Below are positions 36,074 through 47,885 of a DNA stretch of 64,000 nucleotides, piece after piece. The DNA lies in NCBI GenBank assembly GCA_965113315.1, contig OZ220364.1; one strand, given 5' to 3'. Below the pieces are notes generated by a model. That model saw only the letters and a program-made list of their open reading frames with translations, did no database searches and was not told the DNA's origin. This DNA is from Podarcis vaucheri (lineage: Eukaryota). How positions within the stretch are numbered: the first letter of the stretch is position 1; the number at the start of each line of letters is the position of its first letter. Position numbers and translations under genes: made by a program.

Positions 36074-36356
36074 TTTGTTGTTGTTGTTGTTTAGTCATTT
36101 AGTCGTGTCCGACTCTTCGTGACCCCATGGACCAGAGCACGCCAGGCACTCCTGTCTTCCACTGCCTCCCGTAGTTTGGTCAAACTCATGCTGGTAGCTT
36201 CGAGAACAGTATCCAACCATCTCGTCCTCTGTCGTCCCCTTCTCTTTGTGCCCTCCATCTTTCCCAACATCAGGGTCTTTTCCAGGGAGTCTTCTCTTTT
36301 CATGAGGTGGCCAAAGTATTGGAGTCTCAGCTTCAGGATCTGTCCTTCCAGTGAGC
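36074..36356 (-). mobile_element. Bov-B (RTE) LINE, 5'-truncated, young
   Basis: Open frame SLEGQILKLRLQYFGHLMKREDSLEKTLMLGKMEG...RGRQRTRWLD...VHGVTKSRTRLND with a (CAA)n tail. 12-bp TSD gcagtgttacat at 36062-36073 and 36357-36368. Confidence 0.95.
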
Positions 36357-36975
36357 GCAGTGTTACATACACAATCGCAATGATACACATGAGTCAGTCA
36401 TCTGAGTCTCCACTGTGTGATGATGACTGCAAGTTACTCCGCAGAGGCAATAGACTCCTATGAGGTGGTGTTCCTGGATGGTACCACTTTAGACTGCAGG
36501 GAGAAGAATCACATGATTGAATGTTTCCCCTCAATTATTATTTTTTTATTACCCTGCCCAGAGAACATTAAGAGAAAATGAGAAAGATTTTAGTTTAGTC
36601 ATTCCCTCTCATGTTAGTTTTCCATCTGAAGGGATTTATTGTGAGGGAACATTCAAACATGCAAAATAGCATCCCTCTCTGCCATCACTTTCAAGAGATG
36701 GGATAGTTGAGAAGCAGTTTACAACCTCATCTACTCTTTGTTTGGAGAAACAAGATTTCATGCCACAGAGGGATGCTCTACTCCAGAAGTAGGCAATGTG
36801 GTACCCTCCAGATGTTGCTGGACTACAACTTTCAGCAACCCTGACCATTGGCCTTCCTGGTTGGAGCTGATGGGAATTGGAGTCCTAGATTAGAAGGGCA
36901 TAGAATGGTATCTCCAACTCAAAGAACACAGACTTTAAAAAATATATATTAAGTTTTACAAAAAAAATTAACATA

Positions 36976-37248
36976 CAGTGGTACCTCGGGTTACATACGC
37001 TTCAGGTTACATATGCTTCAGGTTACATACGCTTCAGGTTACATACGATTCAGGTTACAGAAATAGTACCCAGGTTATAGTACCTCGGGTTAAGAACTTT
37101 GCTTCATGATGAGAACAGAAATTGTGTTCCAGCGGCGCGGCAGCAGCGGGAGGCCCCATTAGCTAAAGTGGTGCTTCAGGTTAAGAACAGTTTCAGGTTA
37201 AGAACGGACCTCTGGAATGAATTAAGTACTTAACCCGAGGTACCACTG
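36976..37248. mobile_element. Tigger/pogo-like MITE
   Basis: Perfect TIRs cagtggtacctcgggtta/taacccgaggtaccactg with TA TSD. Four internal 16-bp units at 36989-37052. Confidence 0.93.
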
Positions 37249-40027
37249 TAAAGACTGCCAACAATATATTCACAAAGTAAGTTCCCAGTCTGTCCGTCCA
37301 TCCCCCCCGACTTTCCCCAACTTCCCCTTCTGGTTTTTTACATATTCATTTCTCCTGCTTGTAATCTATATGCAGCTGAAAATTCCACATTGTTATTATA
37401 TTCTTAACACTTTATCCTCCTCTTCATATTCTATATGTTTTGTTATTTGTAAGTGTTTAGTCAAACCCTCATAGAACACACACTTAATTAGTTGGAAGGA
37501 AAGGTGTGAGTCTTGCCATCTCAAACAAAACTGGCCAGCTGCAAAGTTTCTTAAGCTGTCAGGCCCAGTCTTCAAAAACAATTGCCCATGTGCTAAAACT
37601 GTTTATAACCTGTACTATTTTGCACAGGGGGTGGAGACATTGCATCTGTGCATACAGAAAATGACATGACAAAAAACATTTCTGCCTCATGTCATATATT
37701 TCATTTGTTAGGAAATGTATATGTTGGTTTTCAGTTTCATCAAGAACAACCAAAGTGGTTTGCATAAGAAAACCACAGCGTAATTTATATTAAAATGTAA
37801 TCATTTTAATCACATCAAATAAAAAACAGGCACAATAATCACAAGATCAACACCAGGATCTGGCATAAACGGTCAGAAGGTTGCTTGAGTATATAGAAAA
37901 CATTCAGTCATCTCACCACCTGCATTCTAGAGCATTGTAGTCAAGGAACATGTTTACCATGCAATTTTCTGTTTATGTAGATGGCTTATGATATACACTT
38001 AGTCTAGAACTCCCACCTTCATTTCCCCTTCTCCATATATATACCTTACAGCAATCTCCCCGAACAGGTCCTCTCCAGGAGTTTTGAACTACAGCTCTTA
38101 TCAGTTCCAGGCAGCAGCAACTTCATACAGCCATACTGACTGGGGTTGATGGGAGTTGTAGTCCAAAATATCTAGGGGGTGCCTGGTCAGCGAAGGCTGC
38201 TTCAAAGGCATTCTAAGAAAAGTTTTGCTCCTAGGTCTGAAATATTGTACAATCTGCTGCCTGTGCCAAGAAGAAAATGACATTTCATTAAGCTCTGAAA
38301 TCTGAGCAGAGAGAAAAGGAAGTTTAATAGTACAATTATGTTTTGGTTGCTGCCTTTAATCCTAACGAACTCCCCCAGCATGGGGAAGAAGGGCTTTTAT
38401 GAACCACGCCAGTTGCTTCTGTGACAGAAGCTAGACTGACCAAGGGAAATGAATTCACTTTTTTTCCCCATATAAAGATATCGCAAGAGAGGGAGAGGGA
38501 GAGAGCGCAAGCACGCCTGGACGCGAAATACACCCTAGCAGATGTGTAATATCATTAAAGCTGGCTCTAATATAATCTAAGCCACAGTTTGGTGTATTAA
38601 TGCTTTGTTTATCTTGAAGCACAGATGGATATTTTTATTAGCATTACTCTGTTGATGCAGCTTCAGGAAAGGTTAGTCCAGAGGGCAGATGTCTATGTTA
38701 TGAGAGAACATTCGCTCTGAAGCTGACTAGCAGGAAAGGTGAAGCCTTTCCATGAAATGTCAATTAGAGAATTAAACCTTGTAGATGTTGGCGGCCAGGA
38801 ATGTCAGTGCAGACTTTAGAAGCAATTAAATCTAGTTATTTATTTATTTATTTTTTAAAAAATCCTTCTTTCACTCCTACTGCAGGAAATAGGTACATTT
38901 TTATCAAATACTTTCTTTTTCTTTTTTGCTGGTTCTTTTCAAAGAGGGTAGTCCAAAACTCCTTTCTCTTAGATTAATTGGCACAGCGCTTAATATCCTG
39001 CTGAGGGGACAATGGAAAATATTCTCGTGATTAGGATGCTTGGAAATGAGGGAAGGGAGAGGAGGGGTTGAATTTGGGGCTAACTCTGGAGCCCATTGAC
39101 AATGGAAAGGACACTTTTGTGCAACCTTTTTCATTCCCTTTTAAGGAGCACTGATGTTACTTAGGGATAAGCACTAAGTCCACATTTAATACCGGAGCAA
39201 GAATGAATTCTGGGAGTGACATTCTGCAGGGCTTAAGGGTTTCATGAAATAATTAGCATAGGAAAGAGTGAGTCAGTCTGTACCTACGGCCAAATCATAA
39301 CCCTGAGGATGTTGCAAGTTCTGGCTTTGATATCCTGGCTGTGCAAAGGAGTCTTTTCTTCAGGTTAGTAGTACAGACCTTTTAGAGACTCTGAAAACAT
39401 CCTAGCTGGATCCAGTCCAGATCTTTTGAATACTCTGAGCAAGATCAAATCCAAAGTATCAATAAGAACTGCAGCAAGCAGGCAATTTCACAGCATGAAT
39501 TATGTTTGAGCTCTGCTTCTTTATTATGCTGAATCATTTACCAGAAGCAGCCATGACACTGTCAAATATTTCATTCCACAAACATAGAACAGTTTCCACA
39601 AAAGGTTTAAATGTAGCGAATACACCACATACTTAAACTGGCCATCTTCAACTTCAGTTTGCCTTTTTTCAGTTACGGGAAACAGAGAAAGGTAATTTTT
39701 GAAAATCCCTGTGTTAGTGTGACACTATGGGCCTAAATAAAAGTTACAGGGTCTTGTAGCTCCTGACAGCATGAGTTTCCTCCAAACTTCTCCATGGTAA
39801 TCTCTTGTAAAATGAATACGTGATGTAACGTCATTTTGATAAGTATTTTCATGTCCGCACTCCAATTCACTGGGTGCCACTTCGAGAGAAAATATCTGGG
39901 AAGGGGGAAACACTGAATGAGATGAATCTTTGTTACATGTGCTGGGTTTTATTGGGGATGCCCGTGGCTGAGATATGGGCTGGAGGCAGCTACATGATAA
40001 CCACCATAGCATCCTGTTCGGTCCTCT

Positions 40028-40367
40028 AGGTAAAGGTAAAGGGACCCCTGACCGTTAGGTCCAGTCGTGACTGACTCTGGGGTTGCGGCACTCATCTCGC
40101 TCTTTAGGCCGAGGAACCAGCGTTTGTCCACAGACAACTTCCGGGTCAAGTGGCCAGCATGACTAAGCCGCTTCAGGCGAACCAGAGCAGCGCACAGAAA
40201 CACCGTTTACCTTCCTGCCGGAGCAGTACCTATTTATCTACTTGTACTTTGACGTGCTTTCAAACTGCTAGGTTGGCAGGAGCAGGGACCGAGCAGATTC
40301 AAACCACTGACCTTCTGATCGGCAATTCCTAGGCTCTGTAGTTTAGCCCACAGTGCCACCTGCGTCA
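40028..40367 (-). mobile_element. Sauria SINE with internal deletion
   Basis: TSD tgttcggtcctct at 40015-40027 and 40368-40380. About 23 bp after the B box are missing relative to the copy at 4082. Confidence 0.95.
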
Positions 40368-43040
40368 TGTTCGGTCCTCTGAAGGGCCATTAATGTGTGT
40401 GTTGTGTAAAGCCCCAAGGAGTAAGCATTTTAAGGTAGGGGAGCAGAACCTTATTTCTTTAGAGAGTCACATTACAGTGCAAGGAGAAGTGATATCTGTC
40501 AGGGACTGCATGCTGGAGCTGGAGGTGCTAACTGATGATTGGTGGAGGCAAATATAAAAATGTCACAGATTTTGTAATCTTGAATGATGGCCGCTCACCC
40601 CGTCCATAAAATGTAGGTGGCAATTGTGACCTGGCATGTCAGCTCCTTCTCTCTCTCTCTCTCACATGGAGCACCCCATTTCCCCCTACGGCCGTTGGCT
40701 CGCACCCCCTGGCTGCTACGGAGCATCACGGATCACCTGCCAGACCCTGTTTTGTATCACTCCCATCTGCAATGGGAACAGACCTAGGAGTGGCAGTCTT
40801 CACTCCAGTCCACTCCAGGACCATAAAGAACTGGCTGGCGCTGCTCACTCCTTCTGATATTCAGATCGCCGTGAAGAACCACCCCATCATTAGTTTCACT
40901 TGGAGTTTTGACCAACCCTTGGAGTTTTGACCAACCCTTGACCAACCCCAAGCATTAAAAAATGGCGGTTCATATTTCCAAAAAGAAATATTGATCAACT
41001 GATGAGGCTCTAAAATTGTGGTCCTCAATATTGCTTTAATTATTATTTCACTGATTTTCATTCAGATATGCTAGAAAAATAACAACTTTATCTGCTTGTT
41101 CCCAACTGAAGGTCATCACCTCTATAGGCAGAGCAACCTTCAGCACTAGATTTTTATCCGATGAGTCCCTCTCATTCCAACCTAACCATGTCTTTCTTTT
41201 TTATTATTAATAAGTGGAGATTAGAGTTAGCTTTACTCATATGCTTGGGATCAATTTGGATCATCTACCTCGAAGCTATTACAAATGAGTGTGTCATCCT
41301 GTAGTGATGCTTTTCGTAATTAATGGCATAAATGGGAGGCAGCAGATTCCTTAATCTGAATAATGTGTTTGCAAACATCTGCTATGCTGGGAGGAGAAGT
41401 GGGGAGGGGAGGAACCCTCCGTCATGGAACAATTCTGGAAGTTTTTGGAAAGTCACTGAGGAACAGAAGGATGGGAGAGTTTATTTTGTAGAAGACTCCT
41501 GGAAGGATTCTTCAAGATAAAGCATTCCTCATACCTTCCCTACATTACTCACATCAGGTGACTGCTAATTATATTTATGCCTTGATACAATTTGCTAGTT
41601 TGGTATGGATAGGTGAAGTCTGTGCTTCGTCATCTTGGCATCTTCTTTAAAAAAAAAAAGACGGATGAAAAATCATCAGGAGCATGGAGCCAGGAGCAAG
41701 AAAGATAAATAACGCCAGGAAGCTGATCGCTGCCCGTCTGTCATAAAATTTCATTAGTTCTGACAGCCTGTACAACATAAGCAATGAATGAATACTAACT
41801 ATACTTCCTCCCTGTCTGCTTCCATATTTCACTCGTATCGCTTGGCCCACAGAAAGCACCAGGCTAGGCCAGCCTGGGAGGAAAGAGCTGCCAGAGCATT
41901 CACACACTAAATTATAGTCTACCCCATTAGAATTATCTATGAAGAAGAAGGGAAAGGGCGGTGGTGGCTATATTTAATATACAGACTTTCTCAACACTGT
42001 GCTTTGCATGCTGTGCAGCAAAAGACAAGAGGGGAGACTGAAATATTATAAGAAGATTGTCTTCCTACAGATCTGTGGGTACTTTTGCAATCACAGATAC
42101 AAGGGAAACACCAGTTTTACTTTAACCATGGTAAGGCCTTTATTTTGACATCTCTCACTGTCAGAAAGTGAATCAATATCCACTCTATCACACCGCCAAA
42201 ATTGTGCTTCCCTGCATTTAAGGTGAAATGTTATTTTCTAGCTCTCGGACAAACCTTTGCAAACTTGCATCTAGAATTATGGGGGAAGGTTTTGAACATA
42301 GATTGGATATTGGAATGGATTATGCTACTGGTTTATTTTAATCATACTTTGAGTAGTGTTTGGCTTTTTATTGTACTAATATATGATTGATGATGGCCTC
42401 TGGCTAAGCAACAACATCTGGAATCCATGGGGTAAGATGCAGGCAATGGAATGGTTAAACACCCCTGTACACTGCTCTGCTCTGCTCTGAATTGCCCCTT
42501 CCTGAAGCTACGGTACTTTCCCCTATAAGAAGCAGCCATTGGTGTTTAATATGCATCTGCTTGAAATGTCTGTGCAGCTTCGAAGGGGCACCTATTGACA
42601 CATTTCCATTGGTTTGAACTCCTGCTTACAAAACTGTGCCCCACTTCCACACAGTAAGCCCTAGTGCAGCTCCAATTATCCTTTAGTACCGTCAGCAGTC
42701 CACTTAGAGTTGTTGCATCAATAAACGTATAAATAGAATACACAACATATAACAAATCAAAAGCATGCCGTATTGTTTGGTGATTTGTTTTCCAGTGTTC
42801 AATAGGTGTCCATTTATTAATACTTCCTTTCTTTTACACACACACACACACGTTATTTTTGATATGAAAGCATACTCATGCAACTTAGTTTCCCATTAAG
42901 ACAATATAGGTATCACTGACAACTTTGAGGATCTTGCATAGCATATCTGTGCAACAACTATTACATATGATAAGCTGGAATCATTTTAAGCAGGGGTGGA
43001 GGAGATACAGATCACTTTAAAAAAATCAAATAATCTAAAG

Positions 43041-43155
43041 CAACCTTCCCCAGCTTTGGGTCCTTCAGCTATTGGTGGACCATGACCCTAAGGTCAGAGA
43101 TGCTGGGAGGTGTCCCAGCAACATCTGGGGACCCAAGATTGGGGTTGGGGGACTG
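43041..43155. mobile_element. hAT-derived MITE
   Basis: Perfect 8-bp TSD atctaaag at 43033-43040 and 43156-43163, CA...TG termini, palindromic body. Confidence 0.8.
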
Positions 43156-45845
43156 ATCTAAAGGAAGATAAATATTAAGTTAGCACAGTAACCATTTTCA
43201 AATAACCCATAATGGCCCTACGCCTTTCTCAGGGCTTCCTGCAGGTCCCACGCTGTTGGCCTTTGTTGTCAGGCTGGTTCCTGCTTGATTAAGAAAGTGA
43301 TACTGAAGCAGCAGTCCTGTTGGCCTGTGTTCCCTTTCCTTAACAGCAGGATGGGTAAGGCTACTTCATGCAGAGGCCCTAAGTTGCAACAGGCTGGGTC
43401 CTTGAGAAGAGCTCATCATCATTATTTATTATTATTATTTATTAAAATTGTATATCGCCCTATATCCATAGATCTCAGAGTGGTTCACAACACCAGGGTT
43501 CTTGGAGCTATGCCATGGTATGTCCTGCCACCTTATCTAAATATAACTGTGTCTACCCAGTCCTTTTTTACGGCAATGCGACCTAAGATAGTTGCAGCTA
43601 TCATATTCCATTGTTTTCAATAGCACTTAGTCATAGGTAACTTTAGCTGGATCTTGGGTATATGTTCTCATATGCAGATTGTATCTTAAAAGTTTAAAAA
43701 AGATGTTTCAGAGTGAAACTAGGGGGGATAATTAATGTAGGAAAACAGACGTTTCAGTTTTGCATAGATTTAATGGAAATCCATTATGAACTTGCAAATG
43801 TCAAGGGTTACTAATACGGTGACATGGTCTCAAGGACAGACTGGATGAGGGCTTTCAGTGTTTCAATAAAAGGCCCCATTCACTATGGACATGTGTTTAA
43901 TTAATAAAATTCATTTTCACCTAGCTTTTCAATCTGCTTCTGGCTCCAGCGTGCACTAGTTCAAATAGTTCCTTCTGTTTTATTATTTTTATTAAGTACA
44001 TGGAGTTTATTAATACAGTTATTAGATATGTTTCTACAGCCTTTCACTGGGATTTTCATTTGCTCAAAACAGAGATGGCTCTTGTGTGTCCCACACAGCA
44101 AATTCACTTCAGAGAAGGAATCTGACGCAACAAACCCTTCTTTGCAACACACACCGATCCAAAACAAACCTTCGAGACACACTCCCCCCTCCAGGGTTTC
44201 TGGCCAACCAGCCAGGAATCTCACAAATAAATAGAGTTGTGGCTCCATGGGTGAGCTGAGAATAAATCTGTTTCACCCGAAATGAGATGGAAAGTAGAGG
44301 TCAAGCTTGCTTAGTGAATTGGTGGCCGAATGCCAAAACTAGTCACCCCAAGGGCAGCATAAAATGATTCATTTGTTAGCCTGACCCAACAAATCTTGTA
44401 AAATAAGGTGGTACACCTCTCTCTTTGGAATCTCGGTAGAAAAAGTTGATGGCAGCACTTTTTCTGAATGCATGTATATGCCCATTAAAAGATTAGCATT
44501 ATAGCATTATAATTATTTTATATTACTTTTAGCATACAAACCCATTTTCAATGTGGACTCCTTTATCACTGGAATAATACTATCACATCATTATCTGAGC
44601 CGGCTATGTTCCATGCACTGAGGTAGCCTAAACATTCAAGCAGAAAATTTAGCTTCAAAGGAACCCCAAATTTTCACAAGACAAAATAAAAATAAAAATC
44701 TAGCTCTCAATGGAAATGTGAGGGAGGAATACACTGTTCTGATGTGCTAAACTTCTCCTTAATCCTTTTATAATGTGCCTTCCAGTAGCAACAAATCTTC
44801 CTATTTATTACTTATACATTCTTTTCTACTCTCTACTCTGCATTTTGGGCAAATTTATTCCATACCCTCAGATATTGCATTCAGAGTTACATATGCCCAT
44901 TTAGTAAATGTATTTAAAGTTGTTTGGATTATAGTACTCATTTGTTGCATTTTAGAAGTTGGATTTATTTAATCATTTAGTTTGTATCCGCTGCATCCTG
45001 GTCATTTTTAACCTAAGAAGAGGGCAATCCTAACTATGTCAACTCAGAAGTCCTGTTGAATGCAGTGGGCCTTACTCCCAGGAAAGTTGGGTTGGGATTG
45101 CAGCCTAAAGCAGGGGTAGTATACCTCAGAGACTTTATCCCTTTTCTGTCTGGCTTCTATGTAGCTCCCTCCTCAACCCCACCTTTTCCAAATTTGTGCC
45201 TTACCTAGCCTAGGTCTGGTTGTCTCCATATGATCCTGGATGGGATAAGAGTCAACCAGAAACCCCAGGCACTTTTGCAGGCAATCATATAAGATGCAGC
45301 GAGTATGTGAATCAAGTGTGAAGCACACAGAGATTTGTGTGGAACAACTTGTAGCCTGGTTCTGTGTGAGTTTTCTTGAAAATAAACCCCACTGTGTTCA
45401 ATGGGGCTGATTTCTAAGTACAAGGTTGGGCTCCAAATTGCTTGCCACTCAAAAGAGGCCTTGGAGTTGCTGTCAACAGCTCCATGAAAGCATCAGCTCA
45501 ATGCACTGCAGTTTTTTTTTAAAAAAAAAAAAGAAGGCAAATGGTAAGTTAATAAATGGTGTATCCAGAGCTCACATACTTATTATTTGTAGATTTGGTA
45601 ATCCCATCTCAGAAAGGGCGAAGTAATACTGGAAAAATACAGTGTAAGCAAGAAAAATAATCTGAGGTACAGAGCACCTTCTGTCAAGGGGGGAAAGAAA
45701 CAGCAGGGAATGTGATCAATGTAAACAAAATTATGGATAGATGGGGGAGGGGGAAGCAAATTAGAAAGAGTTGTTTATCCTTTCAGCTCCTACGGTCAGA
45801 GGGACCTCCAAAATGTTACCACACTGCAAATTTAGAATACATAAT

Positions 45846-46670
45846 TGTCAGGGGCTCAGGAACAGAGGTACAGGGGAGAGAGGAAATGGAGAGCGAAGGG
45901 GAAGAATCTGAGGGCAGCGTAGGGGAGTATGACAGTGACCCGAGAGATTCCATGAGCTTCTCCAGCGAATCAGAAGATTCCCAGAAGGAGGCGCCGATGG
46001 TCAGGGCAAGGGGGGTCCCAGGGGGGACACACCAGGAACAGGGGGCCAGCGGGGACTCCCAAAGCGGCAGCGGGAGATTGGGACCAGCTTCCCCACCAGA
46101 GCGTAGTGGGGGGGAAGAGTCCCATGTGTCAGGACCAGCGTCTCCTCCAGCAGGGAGAGAAGATGAGTCAGGGCTGACCACGCCTCTATCGGAGAGTGGG
46201 GGAATGGAGGGGAGGTCAGGTTCAGCTAGCCTCCCCGTAGGGGGAAGCAGTGACAGGAGCAGTGTAACGGTCAGGAGGAAGGTTGCCGGCTGGGCGGGCG
46301 CGCCAAGTTCGAATGTACAGGCGCGTGGGACAGCAGAAAACCCGGATTGGGAACCAGGTCCCAAAGCCCGCCGGAGGCAGGGGGAAGACTCAGGGGACTC
46401 AGCGTCAGAAGAGTCTAGGAAGGGCGAGACCCCAGCTGACAGGCGGAGCCAGAGGAGGAAAGAGCAAAGGAAGAGGTGGAGCAAGGCTAGAGTCTTAAAC
46501 TGGTGTCTGGGGGGAGGAGATTCAGACGGAGCTTCGGCGGTCTAGAGTTTCAGACGTAGAGCTGCACGCTGCGGCTTGGAAAGCGAAACTGAACTTCAAT
46601 AAAGACTTTTGTATATAACAAAGAACTGGCGTTGGTCCTTTGTGAGCTGGGACCTCGGGCAGCTCTGACA
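45846..46670 (+). mobile_element. Solo LTR (Gypsy/BEL/ERV-type, 825 bp, young)
   Basis: TGTCAG...CTGACA inverted termini with a perfect 5-bp TSD ATAAT (45841-45845, 46671-46675). TATA-like cttaaa near 46494, AATAAA at 46598-46603, and many retained CpGs. Confidence 0.9.
45886..46545 (+). CDS. Putative LTR-encoded 219-aa disordered protein (acidic N-terminus, GPASPP repeats, basic C-terminus)
   Basis: ATG in good Kozak context (gaaATGg), frame open from the LTR start to TAG at 46543-46545, AATAAA about 50 nt downstream, and internal repeats that differ at synonymous sites. Confidence 0.5.
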   Translation: MESEGEESEGSVGEYDSDPRDSMSFSSESEDSQKEAPMVRARGVPGGTHQEQGASGDSQSGSGRLGPASPPERSGGEESHVSGPASPPAGREDESGLTTPLSESGGMEGRSGSASLPVGGSSDRSSVTVRRKVAGWAGAPSSNVQARGTAENPDWEPGPKARRRQGEDSGDSASEESRKGETPADRRSQRRKEQRKRWSKARVLNWCLGGGDSDGASAV

Positions 46671-47729
46671 ATAATCATCTCCTATACCGTTGCATTTTGA
46701 AACTTGTCTCCAGCAAAAGAAAAAGTGGTAACATTGAACTGGATCCCAAAATTTGATGAGTGCATAGAACACCGAAATATAAGCAGTGACTGGGTAGAAC
46801 ACTCAAAACATGGCGTGGCATGCTTAGAATGTCCCTCAAACTGCTTGGTCAGGGGTGGGGAACCTGTGGCCCACAGCCCTCCAGATGCCATTGGGCTCCA
46901 ACTGCCACCATCCATGACAGTTGGCCGCGCTGGCTGAGGACTGATGGGACCAGTGGCATAGTGTGGGGGCTGGGGGGCCCGTGGCCCTGGGCACATGTTT
47001 TTGAGGGGATACAGTCAAGCACCCCATACGACAGGTTCCCTCATTGTGGGAAACCGCAATAGACTGGGGTAGCAGCGGCAGTGGCTACTGCTCCTTAGGG
47101 CCGCCCTGGGCTGGCCATGAGGAAGGGGGAGGGCACCACCCCCAGTAGGCCGCAGTTCCACTCCCACATCAGGCCTGTCCTGGGGGTGGAAGCGGCAGCG
47201 AGGAGGGCAAACAGCGGCTGAACAGGAAAGAGAGGTTTTTCTTCCTTTCATATACAATAACCTGTGGGCTTCCAATGAAAACTGAATGATGGAAGTCTCA
47301 AGACAGACAAAAGAAAACACTTCTTCATGTTAGTTTCTGTTTGCCACTGAGCAGCTGCTTAGAGTCACAAGGCTCTGTTTACATTCCAGAGACAGTCCAG
47401 GCTATTGGAAGTCTCACGGGAGACTAGAGACGGATGTGACGTTACTGGTTTCCTGTTTCCTTTGTTCCTTTGTTTCACTTGCTCTCTGCTTTCATAGAGA
47501 GAGGATGTATATTTCTTTGCTGTCTGCCTAGCTTAGAAATAAAACTCTTTGCAATGTAGCCATAAATCTCATCACTTCCGCATGCTGCTGGAAACTCTGC
47601 TGAATGGGGGAATGTGCCTTGGAGCCTCAGCAAAGGCTCAGGTCGTTAATTATTCATCGGGAGAGCGATTCCGGAGGAAGATGAGCTTTATCAGCTTGGC
47701 CGAGCGGAGATCCCGACACTTCACACCAC

Positions 47730-47885
47730 AAATAAACTATGGGAATTTGGTACCCCAAGATGCAGCAATGATGGCTACCAACTTGAATGTCTTTAAAATG
47801 AGTAGAATAAGGCTATCCATGTCTACTAGCATGGTGGCTGTGTACTGCTTGTTGTATCAGAGGCAATGAGCCTCTGAAGACCAAT
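47730..47885 (+). mobile_element. CR1 LINE ORF2-end/3' UTR fragment (old)
   Basis: ccccaagatgcagcaatgatggctaccaacttgaatgtctttaaaa resembles the CR1 PQDVVMATNLDGFK motif. Confidence 0.55.

Noticed and set aside
36989-37052. CRISPR-like array
   Set aside because: Contiguous tandem units without spacers, inside a eukaryotic MITE.
45712-45885. N-terminal extension of the 277-aa ORF-track call
   Set aside because: It uses a GTG start and lies mostly in flanking DNA outside the LTR, so the fusion is likely fortuitous.
45816-46484. 222-aa antisense ORF in the LTR
   Set aside because: No ATG start, in codon register with the sense ORF, and explained by the A-poor minus-strand composition. Treated as a shadow ORF.
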